Positions 37,873 through 48,664 of a stretch of DNA of 64,000 nt are shown in pieces. The DNA comes from Stegostoma tigrinum. Its lineage: Eukaryota. Numbering within the stretch: position 1 is the first letter of the stretch; each line of letters begins with the position of its first letter. The notes below the pieces were generated by a model. That model was not told where the DNA came from and ran no database searches. It saw nothing but the letters and a program-made list of their open reading frames with translations. The stretch spans positions 40,821,197 to 40,885,196 of the forward strand of contig NC_081356.1 in the NCBI RefSeq assembly GCF_030684315.1, given 5' to 3'. A program made the translations under genes and the position numbers.

Positions 37873-38232
37873 TGTAGCAGCCGTCTGACCGCTGAAACAC
37901 AAGTAGCTTGCCAATTTGTCCCAAACACAGCAAGGGAAGGTGAGTACATTGGCCAAGAAAATGTCTATGTCACAAAACTCAGACACAGATGGAAACTAAG
38001 TGCTTATGGACATTAGCATAGTTTAAAGGACATATCCTGCCAACAGTCATCCTGGGTAGTCAAATTTCATCAATTAAACGAAGAAGGGATGCATATGTAC
38101 AACCAAGTATGAAAAGGGATTGTAATTTGTTTCCTAATGAAGTTGAGACAGTTTTGTATTTGAACTGCTTGAGTTCATAGTGATTTGTCTGCTTCAGTAT
38201 TGTCAGACACCTGGGCAATTTAATTCACAACA
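37873..38232 (+). repeat. Array LTR 4 (internally deleted)
   Basis: AAAATGGGGCAAT then TGTAGCAGCC; ends TTCACAACA. Confidence 0.8.
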
Positions 38233-39363
38233 TTCTGATTGTAGTTGTCTAACTTATTTAAGTAGGCACATGTAGCCTCTGATATAACTAAGGAGGGACA
38301 AGACACACATGTTTCAAGCACCAACAGAAAGCAATATTCCAGGAGTGGGATTTAACTTTGACTCTATAAGTCAGCCGTGACATTAAATTCCTGCTTTGTC
38401 GTTCCCAAGCACTCAGCGAGAGTGGACAGGATGCAACGTTGACTTTGTCAAAGATTTATTGAAATTAAATGGATCAAGGCCAGAAATAAAATTACTTTAA
38501 CCAGCTTGTCCCATAAGTATCCCAGGCCCACATAACGGACTGGTAATTAAACTTACAGGCAAAGTTTATTTTGACAATGTCCACCACAAATTAATACCAA
38601 TAATAGTGGATTTATTTGGGACCCAGCTATTGGAGTGGCACCTTATTCCACTCTGTTCACAGATTACGCAGAGGCTAATTGGCAGAAATATAGGAAGATG
38701 TGAGAGTAAGAGAGCAGAACTCCTTAATGATTCAGCCACAGTGTATCAGGCAGAAATGTCGACAGCCGATTCCGAAATTAAGGAGTAGATTGTTAAGATC
38801 CAACCCAGCATCTGGTGGGATGGCTTTTGGAACTATGGTTCAAATCTAGAAATTCATCAATCGATTTGGCTCCTTTTGCATCTAGCTATGGCCTTACTTG
38901 TACTCACATTTCCATACCTCAGGATGCTGGCAGTTAAGATTGCTTGTTGGAAATGGCAGATATTCCAATAGATGGCATGTTCACTAAGAACGCTCACAAA
39001 GAAGTTATAAGGTAGATGGAACTCCCAAAGTTATTACTGTTGTCACTTCTATTTGTTCTGATGACTGTATATTGTATATGCATCACAAACACTGTGTGGA
39101 TCATCATCAAGAGATTTTCTTTTCTTTAGTGAATTTGGTATTTATGTAAACCACACAGATCTGTAGGTGTTATTAAGGTGCCATTAATATTTTTGCTCCA
39201 TATTGTTATATCATTTATCAGAAGCATGGCGATAGCCTTGACCAGTCTCCAAAATGGCTTATAACTTAACACATCGCCTCCACTGACAACAACCAGATGC
39301 AACTTTTGCAATGAGGTTTGCACTTCATTTGCAGAAGATCCTATCCATTCAATACAGGGGAAA

Positions 39364-40102
39364 GGTAGCAGCCTCTTGGCTGCTAAAACACAGATAGATG
39401 GCCACCTTGGTTGAACAGCATGGAATGCTTGGTACGTTGACCAAATTAGTCTCTGAAATCACAGTACCAAGACATAAAAAGCAACTATGCGCTAAAGACA
39501 TTTTGCACAACAAAAAGGACATATCTTGTCAACAGTCATTCTGCATAGACATAACACATCAACCAAGCAAAGAAGGGATGCACACTAGCAACCAAGAACC
39601 AAGCACTCAAGCAAAAGCAGTGGAACAAACGTTAACAGAACATGTAATGATTAACAAAGGCATCAAACCATCAGCAGCTGTTAAGAACGATCTCATGATT
39701 AAGTAGAGCCTTAGAAAGATCCAGATGTGAGGGGAAAAGCGCTAAAACTAAATCTTACCTGTACATCAAGCAGCAGACCTTCCTGAGAAGACCAACATGG
39801 GAAAAGGCAGAAACCAGCTGAGCATCAGGAGACAGAGAGGGAGGAAGTGAAAGAGCAGTTTCGCAGACCCTCAGAGAGACAGAGACAAAGACAGAGAGCT
39901 GTTGCACAAAACTACAAGAGGCTCAGGAGGCATTGTAAGCTTTAGGACAAATTGATTTAGATATACTATATTTTAGTTTTAAAAGCTATTGTAATGTCTT
40001 TCTGAATAAAGTTCAAACCGTTTTGCATTAGTACCACTTTGTGTTTGTAGTGATTTGACTGCTTCAGTATTGTGGGACTCCTGCGCAAATTAATTCACAA
40101 CA
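39364..40102 (+). repeat. Array LTR 5
   Basis: PPT ACAGGGGAAA then GGTAGCAGCC; AATAAA; ends TTCACAACA. Confidence 0.82.
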
Positions 40103-40449
40103 CTCTGTTTGGTGTTGTCTAGCTTGTTTAAGGAGGCACACATGCAGCGGTTGATATAACTAAGGGGTGGGGACAAAACAAAGCATGATTCAAGAACTAA
40201 TGGGAAGCAATGGTGTGGAATGTTATCCTTCAGACCTTTAGACAACTTGGAGATCAATAGTACATTTGGAATCTGCACCAGGAGCGAATTAGCAGTGACT
40301 CTTTAAGTCAGCCACAACATTAAACTCCTGCTTCCACATTTCCCAAACACTCAGTGAGAATGGGCGAGATGAAGTGCTAACTTTGTCAAAAGATTTCCTG
40401 AAAATATAAATGCACCAAGGTCGGCAGTAAAGCTCCCTTCTTCAGCTTG

Positions 40450-41600
40450 ATCCATTAGCATCCCAGGTCCACATAATGACTGCTAATTAAACCCACAACC
40501 ATAGGTGTGTTTGACTATGTTCACCACAAATTAATACTAATAACAATATACATATCTGGGATCCAGTTTCTGCAGTGTTGCCCCTCCCCATTGAAACGAG
40601 TTTACTTGCTCCTGACCCGGAAAATAATGGCCAAGGGATAGTAAGATATGAGGGTGAACCCTGACCTGAAACTGACAAGCATATAAGAAGGGAATTTCTT
40701 AATGATCTAGTGACAGCTAAGGAGTGGGAGTGTCCACGTTTAATTCCCTTGATTTGGCCAATTTGGATGATAAACTCATGACCTTAACCTGTCAAGTCAA
40801 ACAGGACTTTGAGGAACTGAACCACAATAAGCAGCAGGAGACAACAACACAATGGATGGGGAGCCAGTCTAGCCATCACCTAATGACTATGCTCGAAGGG
40901 CATGAGAAAACTCACCAACAGATTTCTCAGGGCAAAATTGTAGAATTCAGCAGGCAACAAAATCATAAGCTGTGTAGCATCTATGCACAATGGAGCAAAA
41001 TGAGGAGGATCTCAGAGAGACTAGCCGGGGGAATGTCTTGTCCCGTATCAGTTACAATCATCTGGAACATCTGTACCAAGGGAGGAAACATGCCAACATT
41101 CTCAGCTGCCAAGTGAGTCAGTTAGTCAAGATGTGGTTCAACGACAACTGCAAAGAAATTGACATCCACCAAAGACAAGTGATATTAATAAATGTGAGTG
41201 GTGGGTTGAAAGAATCTCTTGGCAAATGTTTTGAAAAATATGACACTGGCATAAACATTTTTCCAAGAGATTTGATGAAGTTGTAATCAGGTTGATAAGC
41301 ACTCATAAAAAACATTTGTAAAAACAATACAAAACTAAAAGGTGTTGAATTGGTTGGATGAGATTCAGTCCAGCAAGGGTTGGGATGAGTTTTGGAACTG
41401 GGATTCAATCTACAATTTCATCCCCTCTCATGTCTATTTGGCTCCTCTCAAGTCTATTTGTGGTCCTAGTTATACTCAACTTGATATACCATAGAATGCT
41501 GGTGCTTAAGATTGCAGGTTGAAAAAGACATATATCCCAAGAGATAGCATGCTTACAATGAATAATGCCTGTACATGCGTCCGGGGGGTTTATGATAGCT
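40450..41600 (+). pseudogene. env: Best-preserved array env pseudogene (unit F)
   Basis: Frameshifted translation: ...DYVHHKLILITIYISGIQFLQCCPSPLKRVY...ETDKHIRREFLNDLVTA/GVSTFNSLDLANLDDKLMTLTCQVKQDFEELNHN...EDLRETSRG...HLEHLYQGRKHANILSCQVSQLVKMWFNDNCKEIDIHQRQVILINVSGGLKESLGKCFEKYDTGINIFPRDL...WDEFWNW...LLSSLFVVLVILNLIYHRMLVLKIAG (ORFs 40724-41116 and 40990-41286). Confidence 0.75.
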
Positions 41601-41942
41601 GGAACTCCCAGGGCTATCACTGTTGCCACTTCCATTTGTTCTGATTACTGCATGTTGTATATGCATCATAATGCTGCGTGGATTATTGCTGATGGATTTT
41701 TTAAAACTGAACTTGGCATTTATTTAAGTTACACAGGTCTATACATGCTATTAAGGCAGGATTGTCTTCTTTTTGTTCTTGTTGTTGTATCACTTATTAG
41801 ACATGGAATGATGGCCTTGATCAGTCTCCATTATGGCTTTTACCTAAACTCCCAGCTTACCCTGACAGCAACCAGGTGCAACTTTTACAATGGGGTTTGA
41901 ACTTAATTCGCAGGAGATTCTGCCCATTCAATAGGTGGGAAA

Positions 41943-42771
41943 TGTGGCATGTCTTCTGGCTGCGAAAGTACGGATACACCTTGGCCAAAGAACAAGGGAT
42001 GTTGGGCATGTTGGCCAAGTTAATCTCTAAAGGCACAGTACCAAGATACAAACAGCGACTAGTTGTTAAAGACATTATCATGCTTCAAACGACAAATACT
42101 GTCAATATAATAAAATGTGAGGCTGGACGAACACAGCAGGCCAAGCAGCATCTCAGGAGCACAAAAGCTGACGTTTCGGGCCTAGACCCTTCATCAATAC
42201 TGTCAATAGTTTTCCTGAATAAATATATCATATCAACTAAACAAAGAAGGGATGAACATTAGCAAACAAAGAATCAGACATTTAAGTCTTAAGAAAGGAA
42301 CAAACATCAACTGGAAACAACGATTGACAAAGCCATCGAAACCATCAGTAGCTATTAATCAGGATCTCTTGATTAGCTAAAGCTATAGAAAGATTCAGAG
42401 GTAAGAGCAAGAGATATAACATTAAGACTGACCTGTTGATCAAACAGGAAATCTTCCAAGGAGACTGACATGGCAAAAGGCAGAGACCTTCTGAGTGTCG
42501 GGAGAGAGGAAAAGACCGAGCTGCTTTGCAGTCCCATGGAGAGGCAGAGATGGAGATACCATGGTTCCGCAAAACTACAACATACTCAGGAGGCATTGTA
42601 ATTAACTGTAAGGGGACGAATAGGGTTAGAGTTCATATTGTTTAGTGTGAAAGGCAAGTGAAACTTGTTTCCTAATTAGATTGAGACTGTTTTGTATTGG
42701 TACTGACTTGTATTTGCAGTGATCTGACTGCTTTGATATGGTGGGATACCTGAGCAAATTTATTCATAACA
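41943..42771 (+). repeat. Array LTR 6 (contains Penelope fragment ~42107-42196)
   Basis: AGGTGGGAAA then TGTGGCA; ends TTCATAACA. Insert flanked by AATACTGTCAATA repeat. Confidence 0.8.
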
Positions 42772-43959
42772 TTCCAGTTGGCATTGTCTAACTTGGTTAA
42801 GGAAGCACGTGCAGCCTCTGATATATTTTAGGAGGATGAGACTTAACATGATTCAAGCAGATGGGAAGCAATGTGTGCAATAATATCCTTCAGACAACTG
42901 GGAGATCAAGAGCAGATTTGGAATCTGTTCCAGGAGCAAATTTAGCAGTGGCTCTTTAGGTCAACCATGACATTAAGCTCCTGCTTCCACCTTTTCCGAG
43001 CACTCAGTGAGAGTGGACAGGATGAAGCAATAAATTTGTCACAGGTTTCATGAAATTAAAATTGGACCAAGGCTGGCAATAGAGATTCTTTCCTTAACAT
43101 TTCCCATAATCACCCCAGGCCCATGTAGTAGGCTGATAATTAAATTTTCAGACATTGTTTGACAATGCCCACCATGAATTAATGCCCATAATATTAGACA
43201 TAAGCTGGTGGCTTGCCTGGTTATTAGACATATCTAGGACACAGTTTCCGATGTGGTGCCTACCTCCATTGAAACAACTGTACTCATATCTGATGAAGCA
43301 TAATGGTCTGATGGACAAGATGATATGAGGGTGAATCACGACCCGAAACTGACAAACATAAGAGAATGGAACTCCATCATGACCAAGCAACAGCATATGG
43401 GACGGGAATGTCAACAGTTAATTCCCTTGATTTGACCAATTTGGATAATAAACTCACAACCTTAACCTGACAAATCAAACAGACCTTGGAATAACTGAAC
43501 CACAACATGTATCAGGAGACAACAGCACAACTGATGGGCAACCAAACTAGCCACCAGCTAGCGACCACATTCAAAGATCATGCACAAAGCCATTAACCAG
43601 ATCACTCTGGGCAAAACCATAAATGACAGCAGGCAACAAATCTGCACCATGTGTAGTATCTATGGAAACTGGATGGTTGAGCTACTTGGGGGAGGATCTC
43701 AGGCAGGCAGGCCAGGGAAAGACCCATCCAAGAGCAGTGATGAACATCTGGAACATCTGTTCTGAGGAAGGAAACACGCCCACATTTCCAGCTGCCAGTT
43801 GTGGCTGTTTACTAAGGTGTGGGTCAATAACATCTGTAAGGAAACTGAGATCTACTGAAGCTAAGCGACATTCATAAATGCAAGTGAAAAGTTGAAAGAA
43901 ACTCTTGATGAGTATTTTGAAATATATGATACTGATATAAAACTTTGACAAGAAAGATT

Positions 43960-44277
43960 GATTAGATTAGATTCCCTACAGTGTGGTAACAGGCCTTTTG
44001 GCCCAACAAGTCCACACCACCCCCTGGAGCATCCTACCCAGACCCATCCCCCTCTAACCCACACACCCCTGAACACTACGGGCAATTTAACATGGCCACT
44101 CCATCTAGCCTGCACATTTTTGGGCTGTGGGAGGAAACCAGAGCACCCGGAGAAAACCCACACAGGCACAAGGAAAATGTGCAAACTCTGCACAGACAGT
44201 TGCCCGAGGCTGGAATTGAACCAGGGTCCCTGGTGCTGTCAGGCTGTAGTGCTAACCACTGAGCCACCGTGCCACCC
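43960..44277 (-). mobile_element. HE1-like SINE in the env of unit G
   Basis: Reverse complement reads GGGTGGCACGGTGGCTCAGTGGTTAGCACT...GGTTCAATTCC, then the core, then a (TCTAA)n tail. Confidence 0.85.
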
Positions 44278-44446
44278 AAGCATGAATACAGTTGATGAAC
44301 ACTCACTAAACATTCATGAAAATAATACAAAAGATGAAAGAATTGAGGATGAAATGAATGACATTCAACCCCCAAAGTGGTGGGATGGCTCTGGAAATTA
44401 GAGCTCAAACCTACAAATTCATTCATGGATTTGACTCCTCTCACAT

Positions 44447-44719
44447 AAAATCCCTACAGTATGGAAACCACACCCAGACCCATCCCCTTATAACCCACCT
44501 AAGCTACACATCTCTGAACGTGACAGATAATTTAGCATGGTTAATCCACCTAACCTGAGCAGTCTTTGGACTGTGGGAGGAAACCGGAGCACCTGGAGGA
44601 AACCCACACAGACATGGAGGGAATATGCAAACACCATACACAGTCCCCTGAGGGTGGAATTGAGCCTGGGTCCCTGGCACTGTGAGGCAGCAGTGCTAAC
44701 CACTGAGCCACTGTGCCAC
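44447..44719 (-). mobile_element. HE1-like SINE in the env of unit G
   Basis: Same head (GTGGCACAGTGGCTCAGTGGTTAGCACTGCTGCC) and core on the minus strand. Confidence 0.85.
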
Positions 44720-45209
44720 TCCTAGCTGTGCTCCTAATTGTACTCACCTTGATATATCTCATTATGCCGGGAATTAAGATTGCAATCCAGAAAAGTCAGA
44801 TATCCCAACGGACAGGATTGCTCACTGTGAAGAAGGTGTGTACACGCACGCAGGGGTTATAAGATAGGTGGAACTCCTGGCATTATCACTATTGTCTGCA
44901 CTATTTGTTCTATGACTAAAAGTTGTCATTGCATGATAATCCTGTAAGGTTTCTCACCATGGGACTTTACTTTCTTTTACTAGCGTTTGTACGTATTTTA
45001 GCCTCAAAATTCTGTACAAATCATCATGGTTTTTCCTTTTTTTTATACATGTAGTTATTTCACTTATCAGACAAATGATGATAGGTTTGACTAATGTACA
45101 AAATGGATTTCACCATAACACATCAACCCCCGACAAAAGCCAGTACTATGTTTCACAATTAAGTTTGAACTTAATTTGCACAAGATTCTTTCCTTTCAAA
45201 CTGGGATAA

Positions 45210-45906
45210 TGAAGCAGCCTCGTAGCTGTGAGAACACAGGCTAAGTAGACCAAACAGCAAGAGATGCCTGATATGTTGGCCAGGTAAATCTTTGAAGTCA
45301 TAAAATCCAGACACAAACAGCGAATGGGTGCTAAAGATACGGGCATATGCTGTCAACAGTCACCCTGGATGGATGTATCTCATCAAATAAACAAAGAAGG
45401 GATGCATATGAGCAAACACGAACCAGACACTCAAGCTTAATATAACCCAACACACAGTTATGGGACATTTAGCTATTAACAAAGCCATTAAAACCATCAG
45501 AAGCCTTCAAGCAGGGTCTCCTGATTGTCTAAATCTACAGAAAGATCCAGACCTGAGAGAAAAAGGTCTGAAAATAGAACTCACCTGGAGATGAAGCAGA
45601 AAATCTTCCGAGGAGACCAGCCTGCCAAATGGCAAAGACCTGCTGAGCATCCGGGGAAAGAGGGAAAAAGAGGAAGAGAGAATGCAAATTTGTAGTCCCA
45701 CAGAGAGAGATAGAGAAACTACAAGAGGCTTGGGAAGTATTGTAAGCTTTAGAGCGAATAGGTCCAGAGATAGTAACTTTTGGTATTAAAAGCTACTTTA
45801 ATGTGTTTCCCAATAAAGTTAAAACTGTTTTGCATTACTGACTTGTGTTTGTAGTGATATGACTGCTTCGGTATTGTGGGACATCTGGGTAAATTAATTC
45901 ACAACG
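45210..45906 (+). repeat. Array LTR 7
   Basis: Starts TGAAGCAGCC; AATAAA at ~45812; ends TTCACAACG; followed by TTCTGGTTGGAGTCGTCT. Confidence 0.8.
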
Positions 45907-47300
45907 TTCTGGTTGGAGTCGTCTCACTTGTTTAAGGAAGCTGACATGCAACCTCTGATATATTTATGGAGGAACCAGACAAAACATGATTCAAGCACCA
46001 ACAGGAAGCAATTTATGGAATATTATTCTTCAGACAATCAGAAAACGACAAGTTCGAGAGCAGGTTCCAATCTGTTACAGGAGCAGATTTAGATTTTTTT
46101 TAAGGCAGCTACATTAAAATCCTATGTTCATGTTAGGATCTAAACCAGGAAAGTCAAACAGGCCTTGGATGAACTAAACAAGGAGAACCAGCAGGAGCCA
46201 AAAGGACAATTGATGGTTAACCAGTCTATCCACCACCTAGAGACCATACTGAAAGGTCATGCAAAGAACTGTCTACCAGGTCACTCAGGGCAAAATCTTA
46301 GATGACAACAAGCAACATAATTCCACCTTGTGTAGAATCTATGGAAATCGAATGGTTGAGTAACTGAGAGAGGATCTTAATCTGGCTAGCCAAGGGAAAA
46401 TCCTGTCCTGGATCAGTGATAAATACTGGAACATCAGTTACGGAGAAGCAAACATGTCAACATTCCCAGCTGCCAATCAAGGCAGTTAACCAAAGTGTGG
46501 TTCAATGACAGCTGCAAGGAAATTGAGATCTACTGAAGACAAGCGACATTTGTAAATGCGAGTGATGAATGGGAATATTTTGAAAAATAAAATTCTGCCA
46601 TAAGATTTTCACCAGAAAGATTTGATAAAGTCAGAATGCAGTTGATGAACACTCACCAAACATTTGTTAAAAAAAATACAGCCCACAAAGGAGTTGAAAG
46701 ATGAAATGAATGTGATTTAACCCATCAACTAGTGGGATGATTTTTGGAATTGGGGTTCAAATCTACAAATTCGCCCATGGAATTAGCTCCTCTCTCCTTT
46801 ACCTGTGGTCCTAATTGCACTCACCCTGATAAACTTCAGGATGTTGGTGGTTAAGAATACAGGCTGGAAAACACAGGGATCTGAACAAATGGGCACAGCC
46901 ACTGTAAATAATGCCTGTACACACACACACACACAGAGGTTATCAGATAGAAGAAACATCCAGTGTTATCCCTGTTTGCACTTCTATTTGTTCTCATTAG
47001 TGTATGTCGTCTATGGATCACAATCCTGTGTGGATTATCACCACAGGGTCTTTCTATATTACTGCAAAATTTTCTGTGTATCTAAGCCTCACAACGCTGT
47101 ACGGTTTATTACGGCAAGGTTTTCTATTTTTTTGTATTGGCAGTTAAATCACTTATCAGACAAATGATGGTAGCTTGACCAAAGTATTTAATGGCCTTCA
47201 CTTTAATATGTAGCCTCCCCTGACAACAACCAGAATCCAATTTTACAATTAGATAAGAACATCCTTCACAGAAGATTCTTTCCACTCAAAACAGGGGAAA

Positions 47301-48664
47301 AAAAGCAGCCACTAGGTGCTGAAGATTTCAGCATAGTGCAAAGGACATATCCTGTCAACATGACAAAAAGCAGAGACCCACTGAGTGTGCAGAGAGAGAC
47401 AAGGAGCTTTGCAGTCTCACAGCCAGCAAGATAGAGTGTGATTGTGCAAAACTATAAGAGATTCAGGAAGTATTGTAAGCTTTAGGGCCCAATAGTTTAG
47501 AGAAAGCAAAGTGTGGAGCTGGATGAACACAGACCAAGCAGCATCTTAGGAGCACAAAAGCTGACGTTTCGGGCCTAGACCCTTCATCAGAAAAGGGGGA
47601 TGGGGAGTGGATTTAGAAATAAATAGGGAGGGGGGGAGGTGGGCTGAAGATAGATAGAGGAGAAGATAGTGGAGAGGAGAGTATAGGTGGGGAGGTAGGG
47701 ACGGGATATGTCAGTCTGGGGAGGATGGGCAGGTCAAGGGGGCGGGATGAGGTTACTAGGTAGGAAATGGAGGTGCAGCTTGAGGTGGGAGGAGAGGATA
47801 GGTGAGAGGAAGGCGGGAATGAGCTGGACTGGCTTTGGGATGCAGTGGGGGGAGGGGAGATTTTGAAGCTTGTGAAATCCACATTGATACCATCGGGCTG
47901 CAGGATTCCCAAGCGGAATATGAGTTGCTGTTCCTGCAACCTTCGGTGGCATCATTGTGGCACTGCAGGAAGCCCATGATGGACATGTCATCTAAGGAAT
48001 GGGAGGTGGAGTTAAAATGGTTTGCGACTTGGAGGTGCAGTTGTTTATTGCGAACCGAGCGTAGGTGTTCTGCAAAGCAGTCCCCAAGCCTCCGCTTGGT
48101 TTCCCCAACGTAGAAGAAGCCACAATGGGTACAGCAGATGCAGTATACCACATTGGCAGATGTGCAGATGAACATCTGCTTGATGTGGAAAGTCATCTTG
48201 GGGCCTGGGATGGGGGTGAGGAAGGAGGTGTGGGGGCAGGTGTAGCACTTCCTGCGGTTGGAGGGGAGAGTGCCGTGTGTGGTGGGGTTGGAGTGGGTTG
48301 GGGAGCAGACAAGGGAGTCCCAGAGAGAATGGTCTCTCCGGAAGGTAGACAAGGGTGGGGATGGAAAAATGTCTTTAGTGGTGGGGTCGGATTGTAGATG
48401 GCGGAAGTGTCGGAGGATGATGCATTGTATCCAGAGGTTGGTCGGGTGGTATGTGAGGACGAGGGGGATTCTCTTTTGGCGGTTATTGCCGGGGGCGGGG
48501 TGTGAGGGATGAGTTGCGGGAAATGCGAGTTTAGAGATAGTATTGTTCAGTATTGAAAGCTCTTGTAATTGTTTCCTCATAAAGTTGAGACTGTACTAAC
48601 TCATGGCAATTGTGAAATGACTGCCTTGAAGTTGTGGGACACCTGGGAAAATTCAATCATAACA
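47301..48664 (+). repeat. Array LTR 8 (deleted, split by Penelope 47507-48527)
   Basis: PPT AAAACAGGGGAAA; ends ATCATAACA; followed by ATCTGGTTAGAGTTGTCT. Confidence 0.75.
47507..48527 (-). mobile_element. Penelope-like element, 5'-truncated (GIY-YIG region)
   Basis: RIPLVLTYHP...NVVYCICCTHCGFFYVGETKRRLGD; TSD AGTTTAGAGA(A/T)AG (47494-47506, 48528-48540). Confidence 0.92.

Noticed and set aside
39398-39706. Recurrent ORFs inside the array LTRs (also 41876-42262 and 35383-35586)
   Set aside because: Similar peptides are expected from homologous A-rich DNA. Starts and stops are inconsistent between copies, so I cannot support an LTR-encoded protein, though a consensus test would settle it.
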